This document shows positions 1-9,555 of a stretch of DNA of 64,000 nucleotides, in pieces. The DNA comes from a virus (lineage: Duplodnaviria > Caudoviricetes). The notes beneath the pieces were generated by a model that saw only the letters and a list, made by a program, of their open reading frames with translations, was not told the origin of the DNA and ran no database searches. Every line of letters starts with the position of its first letter. Position 1 is the stretch's first letter. Both the position numbers and the translations under genes were made by a program. The stretch is from the IMG/VR virus record IMGVR_UViG_3300043748_000039, positions 7,899-71,898 of that record. One strand, written 5' to 3'.

Positions 1-125
1 CCCCGACCTATCTCGGCGAGTTCTCCCAGGGCTCCTTCACGGACTACGCGACCGTCTCCTACGAAGAGGTCGTGCGAAACGGTCGGCGCTACGAGCGGCT
101 TTCCCCGGCGGTAGTGGACGACTGA
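1..125 (+). CDS. 3' end of hypothetical protein (truncated by window edge)
   Basis: Open frame from nt 3 (PTYLGEFSQGSFTDYATVSYEEVVRNGRRYERLSPAVVDD) to TGA 123-125; GC3-rich codons; next ATG at 128. Confidence 0.6.
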   Translation, partial: PTYLGEFSQGSFTDYATVSYEEVVRNGRRYERLSPAVVDD

Positions 126-127
126 TC

Positions 128-421
128 ATGGTCGCATTCCACGATCGCCGCAGGGCACCGAAGGCGTCCGTCGATGAGGTGCTTCCCAAGCTGCCCCTCT
201 CCAAGGGGGAAACGGTTGGGAAGCACCTGATCAACGAGCGTTATCTGGTGCGCGGCATTCCCGTAGAGGCCGAGGACGGCTCCAAGTCCCGCCAGTACCT
301 GCTCCACGAGGTCCTGCCCAACGGCAGCGTCGTGCAGCGCGGCGAGGAGCCCTTCGAGAGCCGCCGGGCGGCGAAGAAGACCGCCCGTTCCCTTTCGCCC
401 ACGCGCGTCATCGAGATCTAG
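128..421 (+). CDS. hypothetical protein (97 aa) upstream of portal
   Basis: ORF track; tiles between neighbouring genes; typical codon usage. Confidence 0.7.
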   Translation: MVAFHDRRRAPKASVDEVLPKLPLSKGETVGKHLINERYLVRGIPVEAEDGSKSRQYLLHEVLPNGSVVQRGEEPFESRRAAKKTARSLSPTRVIEI

Positions 422-436
422 TCGGAGTCCTTTTCC

Positions 437-2158
437 ATGAGCGGTGCAATCTCATTCGCGAGCCCCAGTATGCGGGCTTCGGGATCTGACCTTACGGTCT
501 CGATCTCTCCCCTCGGTCTGGTCGAATTGGCCGACGAGGAGTTTGAGGTGCACGGCCCACGCCTCAATAGGTACAGCCAGAACTTCGCATACTACCTGGG
601 TCACCACTGGGGGTACCGGCGAGAGGCGGGCGAGGCGCAGATCACGTTCAACTACGTGAAGGCGTTCGCCGACTACATCAACAATTTCACGTTCGGCAGG
701 GGCGTTCACTTCAAGAGCGTCAAGCAATACGAACACATCATTCCCGGCCTCCTCAAGAGGGCCTGGGAGGTCGACAACCGCAAGGAACAGCTCCTGTGGG
801 AGATGGGCCAGCAGGGCGGTGTCAGCGGTGACGTGTTCGTCAAGGTCGCGTACGAGCCTGGATTCGAAGACAGCACGGGACAACCACACGCAGGCCGTGT
901 ACGCATCCTTCCACTGAACTCCTCCTTCTGCTTTCCCGAGTGGCACCCCCACGACCGCGAGAGATTGATTAGGTTCAAACTCAAGTACCGCTTTTGGTCG
1001 ACCGGTGAAGATGGGACACGTTCGGTATACACCTACGTCGAGGTCCTCACTGACGACACGATCGAGGAATACCTGAATGACGAGTTGATCGACTCCCGGC
1101 CGAACCCTCTCGGCTGCATTCCGGTGGTACACATCGCGAACTCTCAGGTCTCCGGTTCCCCGTGGGGCCTGTCGGATATCGCCGACATCATCAGCCTGAA
1201 TCGTGAGTACAACGAGAAGGCCACCGACATCAGCGACATCATCAATTACCACGCCGCACCCGTGACCATCATTACCGGCGCGAAGGCGAGCAACCTGGAG
1301 AAGGGCCCACGCAAGGTGTGGGGCGGACTTCCCAAGGACGCCTCCGTGTTCAACTTGGAGAATGGCGTGGACATCCAGGGGCCTTTGGCCTACCTGGAGA
1401 TGATCAAGCGCAGCATGCACGAGATAACGGGCGTTCCCGAAACGGCGCTCGGACAGATGCAGCCCGCGTCGAATACTTCGGGCGTGGCCCTGGCCATCAT
1501 GTACCGGCCGATGATGTCCCGCTACGACCAGAAGAAGATGCAGTACTCCGTCGGCCTTCAGAAGATCAACGAGTTGGTCCTCAAGACGCTGTTCACCTTC
1601 GAGCCCGAGACGCGGCTTTACGACCCATCCACCGAAGGCATCATGAAGGCGGACCAGCCGCCAATCATCGACGTTCTCGACCCGATGGCGTACTTCACCG
1701 AGTGCGAATGGCCTGCCCCTCTGCCGGTCGACACCCTCATCAAGTTGAACGAGATCCAGGCGAAGATGTCCATGGGCCTTGAGTCCATGCGCGGCGCCCT
1801 CCACGACTTGGGCGAGGAGTTCCCGGACGAGAAGGTGCGGGAGATATTCGAGGAGCAGATCGAGGACGCCAAGCAGCAGGGCGCTCTGCGAATGCTAAAG
1901 GCGCAGATAGATTCGAGTATTCTCCAGTTGACGGGAATGCCGCCCCATGGGGCGGAGGCGCCTGCTCCCCAGACTGATGCAGATGGGAACCCCGTCGGTC
2001 CTCAGCCTGGTGGTCCGAATCCGGTGACGCTGCCCGGGGGAGTCAACCTCGGTGAAATCACAGCGCCTGAGATTCAGAAGATGACTAACGAAATCGTGAC
2101 ACAGGCGTACGGCCCACGTGCCGGTCTTCGCCGCGACCCGGACAACAGCACCGACTAG
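437..2158 (+). CDS. portal protein (SPP1 gp6-like)
   Basis: 573 aa; motifs 'IPVVHIAN...GSPWGLSDIADIISLNREYN' and 'MHEITGVPETALG...SGVALAIMYRPM'; first gene of head module. Confidence 0.88.
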   Translation: MSGAISFASPSMRASGSDLTVSISPLGLVELADEEFEVHGPRLNRYSQNFAYYLGHHWGYRREAGEAQITFNYVKAFADYINNFTFGRGVHFKSVKQYEHIIPGLLKRAWEVDNRKEQLLWEMGQQGGVSGDVFVKVAYEPGFEDSTGQPHAGRVRILPLNSSFCFPEWHPHDRERLIRFKLKYRFWSTGEDGTRSVYTYVEVLTDDTIEEYLNDELIDSRPNPLGCIPVVHIANSQVSGSPWGLSDIADIISLNREYNEKATDISDIINYHAAPVTIITGAKASNLEKGPRKVWGGLPKDASVFNLENGVDIQGPLAYLEMIKRSMHEITGVPETALGQMQPASNTSGVALAIMYRPMMSRYDQKKMQYSVGLQKINELVLKTLFTFEPETRLYDPSTEGIMKADQPPIIDVLDPMAYFTECEWPAPLPVDTLIKLNEIQAKMSMGLESMRGALHDLGEEFPDEKVREIFEEQIEDAKQQGALRMLKAQIDSSILQLTGMPPHGAEAPAPQTDADGNPVGPQPGGPNPVTLPGGVNLGEITAPEIQKMTNEIVTQAYGPRAGLRRDPDNSTD

Positions 2159-2171
2159 GAGTTCGTCGCTC

Positions 2172-3041
2172 ATGACGCTTAATACCTCGGGCATCTCGGT
2201 GCCCGCCGACGCGATCCTCGGTTACCGCAAGGACGGCCGTCCGATCCACCCCATCGCAGGTGGTGCTCCGCAGCCCGGCGAGGGTGGCGATACCGGTGAG
2301 CCGGTCGTCGTCGTCCCGGCCGCTGTCGTCGAGCCGCCTGCCCCTGTTCCGGCCGAGGTCCGCTTCACGGCGGAGGACATCCAGAAGGCGCGGTCCGAGG
2401 AGAAGGACAAGTTGTACAAGCGCCTCCAGGCTCAGGAGGAGCAGATCTCCAAGTTCACGGCCGAGTTGGAGGCTCAGCGCAAGGTGCGCGAGGACGCCCA
2501 GGCCGAGCAGGCGCGTAAGCAGCAGGAGGCGGCGGCCGAGGCGAAGCGCAAGGCCGAGGACGAGATGTCGGCCAAGGACCTCTTGTCTCAGAAGGAGCAG
2601 GAGTGGAACTCCCGCTTCGCGGAGATGGAGCGCCAGCGCGAGGAGGAGCGCACCCTGTTCGCCAAGGAGCAGGAGTTCAACAACCTCCAGTCCTACATTC
2701 AGCGTCGCGTTGGTGAGGAAACCAACGAGATCGCTCCCGAACTTCTCGACTTCGTCGGCGGTAATTCGCCGGAGGAGGTCGAGACGTCTATCGCTACAGT
2801 CAAGGCGAAGACCCAGGCTATTCTGGAATCGGTCCAGCAGGCCGCTATTCAGCAGCGTGCCTCCATGCGTGGTGTGAGCCCCACCGGCTATTCCACCACG
2901 GGACCGATGGACTCTGATCCGGGCACTAAGTCGTACTCCCTTTCTGACCTCCGCGACATGCCGATGTCGGAGTACGCCAAGATTCGGGGCCAGTTGGGCG
3001 TCGGTAATGCCGCCCAGAACCAGCGTGGACTGTACTCGTAA
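2172..3041 (+). CDS. capsid scaffolding protein
   Basis: RBS AGGAG (2157-2161) before ATG 2172 (the track's 2118 start overlaps portal); long E/K/Q/A coiled coil; lies between portal and capsid genes. Confidence 0.75.
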   Translation: MTLNTSGISVPADAILGYRKDGRPIHPIAGGAPQPGEGGDTGEPVVVVPAAVVEPPAPVPAEVRFTAEDIQKARSEEKDKLYKRLQAQEEQISKFTAELEAQRKVREDAQAEQARKQQEAAAEAKRKAEDEMSAKDLLSQKEQEWNSRFAEMERQREEERTLFAKEQEFNNLQSYIQRRVGEETNEIAPELLDFVGGNSPEEVETSIATVKAKTQAILESVQQAAIQQRASMRGVSPTGYSTTGPMDSDPGTKSYSLSDLRDMPMSEYAKIRGQLGVGNAAQNQRGLYS

Positions 3042-3076
3042 TTCGGTCGAGTACCCGTAACTAAGGAAATCCAAGT

Positions 3077-4063
3077 ATGCCAAGCGCGATCACTGGTACC
3101 CCGAATCTGTCGGCTTCTCCGACGGCTTACTCGGGCGCCAACAGCACCCTCGGTGCGGCCATCCAGACCATCTGGAGCAAGGAAATCCTGTTCCAGTCGA
3201 TGCCGATTCTGCGATTCGAGCAGTTCGCCGTGAAGAAGACGGAGCTGGGCGTTCAGCCCGGACTCACGATCAACTTCATGAGGTACAACAATTTGGGTGC
3301 CGCTTCGCAGTTGGTCGAAGGCGTCCGGATGCAGACCAACGCCCTGTCGGCCAGCCAGTTCTCGATCACCGTCGCCGAGCACGGCTACGCCGTGGCCGTC
3401 TCCGAGTTGCTCTTGAACGCGTCCTTCGACGACGTCATGGCCTCGGCCAGCCGCCTGTTGGGCCGCAACATGGCCCTCTACCTCGACCAGTCCGCGCGCG
3501 ACACCCTGCTCCAGGCGTCCTCGAAGATCTGGGGCTACAACAAGTACTCCACCGCTTCGGCGATGACCGGCATGGGTGTCTACGGCCAGGGCACGGCGGC
3601 CACGTCCACCGACGGTCTGGACGGCACCTTCCACTTCACCTCGGCGCTCGTCAAGGACGCCGTGGAAACCCTCGCGACGAAGAATGTCCCGCGTCTCGGC
3701 GAGACCTACGTGGCATTCATCCACCCGCACCAGTCGCGCAAGTTGCGTGACGACCCGGAATTCATTGAGGTCACGAAGTACGCGGCCCCGGGGAACTTCC
3801 TTCTGGGTGAAATCGGCCGCCTCAACGACGTCGTCTTCATCGAGACCACGCAGGTCAAGCAGATCCAGAACTCGGGCAGCAAGACGGTCTACCAGTCGAT
3901 CTTCCTGGGCGACAATGCCTTCGGCCACGCGATCTCCCTCCCGGTGGAACTCCGCGACGGCGGCATCCTCGACTTCGGCCGAGAGCACGCGCTGGCGTGG
4001 TACGCCATCTGGGGCCTCGGTCTCATCACCGACCAGGCCGTTCTGATCGCGGAGACCAACTAA
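3077..4063 (+). CDS. major capsid protein (HK97 fold, N4-gp56-like family)
   Basis: 328 aa; 'WSKEILFQSMPILRFEQFAVKKTELG..PGLTINF' and 'FIHPHQSRKLRDD...GEIGRLNDVVFIET'; RBS AAGGA; followed by a terminator. Confidence 0.9.
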   Translation: MPSAITGTPNLSASPTAYSGANSTLGAAIQTIWSKEILFQSMPILRFEQFAVKKTELGVQPGLTINFMRYNNLGAASQLVEGVRMQTNALSASQFSITVAEHGYAVAVSELLLNASFDDVMASASRLLGRNMALYLDQSARDTLLQASSKIWGYNKYSTASAMTGMGVYGQGTAATSTDGLDGTFHFTSALVKDAVETLATKNVPRLGETYVAFIHPHQSRKLRDDPEFIEVTKYAAPGNFLLGEIGRLNDVVFIETTQVKQIQNSGSKTVYQSIFLGDNAFGHAISLPVELRDGGILDFGREHALAWYAIWGLGLITDQAVLIAETN

Positions 4064-4121
4064 TTCTTCGGCCCGTTCCGACGGCTTAGTTGGTAGTCGC
4101 GCTCACGCGATCCTGACGGTT

Positions 4122-4159
4122 AGGGGAGCGGTTTTCTGGATTACCAGGACCGCTCCCCT
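4122..4159 (+). terminator. stem-loop after capsid gene
   Basis: AGGGGAGCGGT (4122-4132) / ACCGCTCCCCT (4149-4159), with inner CTGG-ATTA-CCAG stem. Confidence 0.7.
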
Positions 4160-4212
4160 TCCTCGTTAAAGTAGTACCGCTTCAAATACCTGAGACGCAC
4201 CCGGAGAAAAAC

Positions 4213-4587
4213 ATGCCTGCACGTAATGTCGCCCGTCCCGGAGACCTGACCGGTCGCACCAAGGCTGCCCTGGTCAAGGAGCACGCCGAGGAACTGAAGC
4301 AGCGCGAGGGGGAGATCTCCCTCATGAACGCGGCTGCCGCCGAGGAGAAGGCGAACACCGTCGTCGAGGTCAAGCCCAAGCAGCCCGATCCGGTCGTCGA
4401 GACCGTCGTCGAGGTCGCCGATGCCATCGAGGTCGAGACCCCGATGCGCGAGTTCAGGGTCAACACCTCCCTGGAGAACATGACCTACGGCCACGGCAAC
4501 CACTACGACTTCGAAGAGGGCGTGCGCTACAAGGCGCCGAAGGCCCTCTACGACCACCTCGATGCCCTCGGCTACATCTGGCACTGA
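4213..4587 (+). CDS. hypothetical virion-associated protein
   Basis: 124 aa ORF, RBS GGAG, in head module. Confidence 0.75.
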   Translation: MPARNVARPGDLTGRTKAALVKEHAEELKQREGEISLMNAAAAEEKANTVVEVKPKQPDPVVETVVEVADAIEVETPMREFRVNTSLENMTYGHGNHYDFEEGVRYKAPKALYDHLDALGYIWH

Positions 4588-4608
4588 CGGTCCAAGGAGA
4601 CCTATCCC

Positions 4609-4905
4609 ATGAAGACTCCCGCCCCCTCCCCGTCCATGGGTGAGGCGTACGTGCTGGAGAACGCCGAGGGCCACGGAGCCGGACTGGGTCACCTGCCCAC
4701 CGGCTCCACGGTCGTCGTGGTCGACGTACACCCGGCGGGCACCGCTGGCATCGGCCACACAGGCGAGGACGCCGTCCTGCTCGCGCACGAATTCGACACC
4801 CACGTCATCACTGATGACCGCAACCACGCGCCTGGTAAGGCCATCCGGCAGTTCACGCTGCCCGTGCCCGACTTCCTGCGCATGTTCACGAAGGTTGATG
4901 CCTGA
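4609..4905 (+). CDS. hypothetical protein
   Basis: 98 aa ORF, RBS AAGGAG, TGA/ATG overlap with next gene. Confidence 0.7.
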   Translation: MKTPAPSPSMGEAYVLENAEGHGAGLGHLPTGSTVVVVDVHPAGTAGIGHTGEDAVLLAHEFDTHVITDDRNHAPGKAIRQFTLPVPDFLRMFTKVDA

Positions 4906-5324
4906 TGGCTGGTACGAACGCCACCTACGCCGGTTACGCGCTCGACTTCCTCACCGGCCGGGCCGTGGCCTACACCGCCCCGCGCTCGACCTACCTGGCC
5001 CTGCTGATAGCCGACCCGACTGCGGACGACGGCACCTACAGCATGACCACGCTGCCGGAGGTCGCCACTCCCGGATACGCCAGGCAGCAGGTCGTATGGA
5101 CGGCGCCGACCGGATCCCCGATGACCACGGGGAACAACGCGCTGCTGTTCTTCGGTCCGTTCACCGCCGACATGACCGACGCTGCGACGTTCGCGGCCCT
5201 GGTCACTTCCGCGTCCGGCACGACCGGCGACGTCATCTACGCGTGGCCGATCGACAGCCCACTACAGGCCGCAACGAACGAATCCCTTCAGATCGCCGCT
5301 GGCGCACTGACCCTGAACGCCTGA
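4905..5324 (+). CDS. virion structural protein (small beta-rich, T/A/G-rich)
   Basis: 139 aa; 'YLALLIADPT...PGYARQQVVW...FFGPFT..M...TFAAL' pattern common in small phage structural proteins. Confidence 0.6.
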   Translation: MAGTNATYAGYALDFLTGRAVAYTAPRSTYLALLIADPTADDGTYSMTTLPEVATPGYARQQVVWTAPTGSPMTTGNNALLFFGPFTADMTDAATFAALVTSASGTTGDVIYAWPIDSPLQAATNESLQIAAGALTLNA

Positions 5325-5337
5325 TCGGAGTCGCGGA

Positions 5338-6150
5338 ATGGCCACCATTCAGGACCTGCGGTCGCGGGTGCGCAGCGAGCTGGGTGACCGGCTCACGCCG
5401 TTCCGCGACACCATCCGAGGCACCGGGGACGTCGCCGAGTACGAACTGAGCGCCAACAACGTCACGGCCGTCGAGGCCGTCAAGGTCGTCGGCACCACGC
5501 AGACGGTGCTTAATACCCCGGGCGACTACGCCCTCGACCCACTGAACGGCATCCTCACCCTCACCAGCGCGCTACCGCTGGACGCGCTGCTGCTCGTGTC
5601 CGGGCAGTCGTACAGCCTCTTCGCGGACGATGAGCTGGACCAGTACCTCAACGATGCCTTCGCCCAGCACAACCGGGGCCGGACGATCTCCACCCGGTAC
5701 CAGGACGCCAACGGCTTCATCCGCTACGCCGAGGAGCCGGTGGACTTCGCCACCCTCCCGCCGGAGGAAGACATCATGGTCGTCCTCCTCGCGGTCATCG
5801 AGGCGATGTGGGCGCTGGCCACGGACGCGACCACGGACATCAACGTGCAGACCGCCGACGGCACTCACGTCGACCGGGGTCAGCGGTTCGGGCAGTTGCA
5901 GACCCAGATCCAGATGCTCACCGACAGGTACACGATGCTGTGTGAGCGGCTGGGTGTGGGCCTGTACTCGATCGAGGTCACCAACCTGCGCAGGGTCAGC
6001 CGTACGACCGGCCGTCTCGTGCCCCTCTTCCGTGAGCGCGAGTACGACGACTACTCGCTGCCGCAGCGGATCCTCCCGCCGATCGGGCCGGGCCACCAGA
6101 ACGACGACGAGTCCGGCATCCCGTCGCAGACGTGGGGCGGGTACTTCTGA
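5338..6150 (+). CDS. head-to-tail adaptor
   Basis: 270 aa; N-terminal 'IQDLRSRVRSELGD' typical of adaptor/neck proteins; synteny. Confidence 0.6.
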   Translation: MATIQDLRSRVRSELGDRLTPFRDTIRGTGDVAEYELSANNVTAVEAVKVVGTTQTVLNTPGDYALDPLNGILTLTSALPLDALLLVSGQSYSLFADDELDQYLNDAFAQHNRGRTISTRYQDANGFIRYAEEPVDFATLPPEEDIMVVLLAVIEAMWALATDATTDINVQTADGTHVDRGQRFGQLQTQIQMLTDRYTMLCERLGVGLYSIEVTNLRRVSRTTGRLVPLFREREYDDYSLPQRILPPIGPGHQNDDESGIPSQTWGGYF

Positions 6151-6668
6151 TGGGCCGCCTGGACTGGAAGCGCAACGGCCGGTTCAACGCGAACTACGAG
6201 ACCACCGAGATCATGGCGTCCCTGCGGGGGCGCCAGCACGAGGTCGGCGAGATGGTCCAGTACTACCGCTACTCCCACTCCGACCCGGCGGGCGAGGACC
6301 TGTACGACGAGGCGACCGGGCAGGGGAAGGTGTTCATCGGCCCCTACCGGATCCCGGCCCTGCACGTCATCCACAACCAGGGCGCCTCGCAGGACACCCC
6401 GCAGGGCCTGTACACGGTCGACAACCTCTCCATCACCGCATCGTTCGACTCGCTGCGGAAGATGGGATTCACCGACCAGGACGTCACGCACCAGAAGTAC
6501 CTGACCGACCGGATCGTCTACGACACCTCGGTTTTCCGGGTCACGTCCATTTCCGTTCTGGGACAGATCCAGAACAGGGACATCATCGTCGGCATCGAAT
6601 GCGTCCAGATGAAACCGGACGAGCTGGTTAACGACGCGCAGTTCGCACACTGGTCCCAGCCGCTTTAG
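6150..6668 (+). CDS. head-to-tail stopper / neck protein
   Basis: ATG 6150 overlaps upstream TGA; 'YLTDRIVYDTSVFRV' beta-barrel-like pattern; synteny. Confidence 0.55.
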   Translation: MGRLDWKRNGRFNANYETTEIMASLRGRQHEVGEMVQYYRYSHSDPAGEDLYDEATGQGKVFIGPYRIPALHVIHNQGASQDTPQGLYTVDNLSITASFDSLRKMGFTDQDVTHQKYLTDRIVYDTSVFRVTSISVLGQIQNRDIIVGIECVQMKPDELVNDAQFAHWSQPL

Positions 6669-6680
6669 TGAAGGTCAGCA

Positions 6681-8786
6681 ATGCAGATAACACTTCCCGA
6701 CGTCGGATCCCCCGCGTGGGGTACGCCGCTCAACACCGCTCTGACGGCGCTTAATACCGGCAAGGCCGACAAGGTCTCCATCAACCCTATGCAGGACTAC
6801 AGCGCCAAGGGTGACGGAGTCACGGACGACACGGCCGCTATTCAGTCCGCGATCAATGCCCTCGGATCGCAGGGCGGTGAGGTGTTCCTTCCGCCCGGCA
6901 ACTTCTTGCTGAACGGTTCCAGCCCTCTCAACCTGACCGCGCCGATCACCCTCCGGGGCTCCGGCCACGGTGCGACGACGATTCGAATCGGGGCGGGCTT
7001 CACCGGAACCAGCGCCATCACGGTCAGTTCCGACGACTGCATGATCCAGGGCCTCCAGATCCGTGGCGCCTCCTCCACGACCACCTCCAACCCGGCCTGC
7101 CACGGCGTGACGGCGACCGGCGTGCAGGAACTCAGGGTCTTCAACACGACCTTCCAGTACGTCAACGGCTACGCCCTGCGGACCTTCGGGACGTCGGGCA
7201 CCACGCTGCACGGCACCCAGATCAACATGATCAAGATTCAGTCCTGTGCGGGCGGAATCCACGTGAAGTCGGACCCGGCAGCACTCGCCGCCAACGTCCA
7301 GATCTCGAACGTGTTCACCAGGTTCCTGGGTGTCAACTCGGGACCCAATGCGAACTTGGACGGATTCAGGATCGAGGATTCCTGGGATGTCCTGGCGCAG
7401 AACATCATGCCTTGGATGCAGGCCACCAACGGTGGCACCGGCGCAGCCCTCCGGGTAAGCGGCAACTGCGCCGCCATTTTTATCCAGAACTTGGACGCAC
7501 TCGGCCCGCAGACTGGGTCGGCCAACGTCGTTGTGGAATCCGGCGCCAACGGGGATCCCCAGAATGTTCAGATCCAGGGCGGCGTAATTCAGCAGGGCCT
7601 CGTGGGAATCCTGATCTCTGGGGCGTCCAATCAGGTCAGGGTCCGCAACGTTCGGATTCTGAATAACCAGACGCACAACGTCTCGGTCACTTCGACCGGC
7701 TACGGCATCTACTTCGACGAGTGCCTGATATCCCAGGGCGGTGCAGGCGCTACCGGCACCAACTACGACGTCTCGTGGACTGGCACCGCCGAGGGCTTCA
7801 TCACCGACACTCGTTTCGGATCCGCCGTCGTGGCCTCCGGCACGGCAGGCGTCCAGGGCATCATCAACATCGCCAACGGCACCATCGTGCGCGTGGTCAA
7901 CGCGAACTTCACGGGGACGGGCACCACTTCCGCCAACTGGTACCCCACCGCGTCGCCGCAGTTCGCCACCCGAGTGGACGGCTCGAACGTCGAGTTCAGC
8001 GGCAACATCGACTTCCGGCTTAATACCGCGCGGCTCTCGCTCAGGCCGAACGCCTCCAGTAACAACGTGTTGGCCACCAACGTCAACGGCGCCGACGCGA
8101 ACGACAGGTTCAGGTTGTTGGGCGACGGCACCCAGCAGATCGGTCCTGGCACCGCCGGGCGTGACACCACGACGGGCCGGGCGGCTACGGGCGTCTGGTA
8201 CACGGACAAGAACGCGCTCATCGGCTCGGCCACGGCGCTCGGTGACAACGGTGTGGGCGAGATCCAGTTGGCCGATGCTGCCACGGTCCCCACGACCAAC
8301 CCGGCCGCAGGCTCGGTCATCTACTCCGCGTCCGCCAGTGCGGTGCCGGTGAAGATGCGTGACGTCTCCGGCAACGTGCGAGGACTGGTGCCTGCCTACG
8401 CCATCGCGTCGGCCGACCAGACGGTCTCGGTGATCACGCAGACCGCCTCGACCTACTTGGCCGTACCGATCGAGGCGTCGGCGACGTACCTCATGGAGGG
8501 GTTCCTGACCATCCAGACGCCGAACGCGGTCAACTTCGTCCACTCCTTCACGGGCCCGAGCGGCGCCGCGATGGTCTGGGGAGACTCCACTGCAACCTCT
8601 GTGGCCACCCTTACCGGCACGGACACCTGGTCCGGTAACGGTGTGAACAAGACCGCCATGATCAAGGGCATGCTGACGACCAGCACCACCGCAGGAACGC
8701 TCACCGTCACGTTCGCCAGCGGTACCGCAGCGAATAACGCGATACTGCGTTCGGGGAGCTGGGTACGGCTCACCCGTGTTAAGTGA
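6681..8786 (+). CDS. tailspike/depolymerase-like protein with pectate-lyase-3 right-handed beta-helix
   Basis: 701 aa; 'DYSAKGDGVTDDTAAIQSAINA...GGEVFLPPGNFL...ITLRGSG' is the pectate_lyase_3 N-terminal signature, followed by beta-helix-like repeats. Confidence 0.8.
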   Translation: MQITLPDVGSPAWGTPLNTALTALNTGKADKVSINPMQDYSAKGDGVTDDTAAIQSAINALGSQGGEVFLPPGNFLLNGSSPLNLTAPITLRGSGHGATTIRIGAGFTGTSAITVSSDDCMIQGLQIRGASSTTTSNPACHGVTATGVQELRVFNTTFQYVNGYALRTFGTSGTTLHGTQINMIKIQSCAGGIHVKSDPAALAANVQISNVFTRFLGVNSGPNANLDGFRIEDSWDVLAQNIMPWMQATNGGTGAALRVSGNCAAIFIQNLDALGPQTGSANVVVESGANGDPQNVQIQGGVIQQGLVGILISGASNQVRVRNVRILNNQTHNVSVTSTGYGIYFDECLISQGGAGATGTNYDVSWTGTAEGFITDTRFGSAVVASGTAGVQGIINIANGTIVRVVNANFTGTGTTSANWYPTASPQFATRVDGSNVEFSGNIDFRLNTARLSLRPNASSNNVLATNVNGADANDRFRLLGDGTQQIGPGTAGRDTTTGRAATGVWYTDKNALIGSATALGDNGVGEIQLADAATVPTTNPAAGSVIYSASASAVPVKMRDVSGNVRGLVPAYAIASADQTVSVITQTASTYLAVPIEASATYLMEGFLTIQTPNAVNFVHSFTGPSGAAMVWGDSTATSVATLTGTDTWSGNGVNKTAMIKGMLTTSTTAGTLTVTFASGTAANNAILRSGSWVRLTRVK

Positions 8787-8866
8787 TCCGCATAGCGCTT
8801 AGCATCTTCAGCAACCTTTTTGAGATCCTGAATGAGATCACAGGAACTGGAGAAGGTTGCTGAAGA

Positions 8867-9502
8867 ATGCCATGGCTCATCAATGAGGACCGCGCCGTTA
8901 AGGCGAAACTCCAGGGCCTCACTGTCACCGACGCGAATGCACCGGGCGGCCGACCTGTCCCGGTGCGTTATCGCATTCCCGAGGTGGAGCTGGCGGCGCA
9001 GACTTTCCCCCTGATCGTCATCGAGCACGCGGGCATCGAGAAGGCCGACGAGCGCGAGCACCGTGGCCCCGTCTACCTGCCGTACGCCCCAGAGGGCACG
9101 ACCGGCTGGTGGGCGGAGGGAGACACCTCCTACGACGTCACGGCATCTCCGTACCTCGTCGAGTACCCGATCCCCTTCGACCTGCGGTATCGGGTCATGG
9201 TCTTCACGCGCCTCGCCGAGCACGACACCGCACTGGCCTCTTTGATGATGCAGCGCGACCGGCTTCCGGCGCGGTTCGGCTTTCTGGAGATCCCCGAGGA
9301 CGGGACCGTACGTCGGCTCGATCTTCTCGGCGGCCCCGAGCTGGCCGACACCCGCGACGAGAACGGAAAACGTCTGTTCCGTCGCGAATACCTGATCTCC
9401 GTCTCCAGCGAAATGCTGCCGTCCGTCGTCGATGCGTACATCAAGGCGACCAGTGTGGCGCTGGACTTCGAGTACTCCACGGATCAAGTAATCCATCCAT
9501 GA
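8867..9502 (+). CDS. tail terminator / neck protein
   Basis: 211 aa directly upstream of sheath; 'FPLIVIE', 'PIPFDLRYRV', 'FRREYLISVSSE'. Confidence 0.6.
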   Translation: MPWLINEDRAVKAKLQGLTVTDANAPGGRPVPVRYRIPEVELAAQTFPLIVIEHAGIEKADEREHRGPVYLPYAPEGTTGWWAEGDTSYDVTASPYLVEYPIPFDLRYRVMVFTRLAEHDTALASLMMQRDRLPARFGFLEIPEDGTVRRLDLLGGPELADTRDENGKRLFRREYLISVSSEMLPSVVDAYIKATSVALDFEYSTDQVIHP

Positions 9503-9555
9503 CACGGACCCAGGATTCGTAACCCCAGGAATTCCCTTTACCCAGGAGAAAACCC

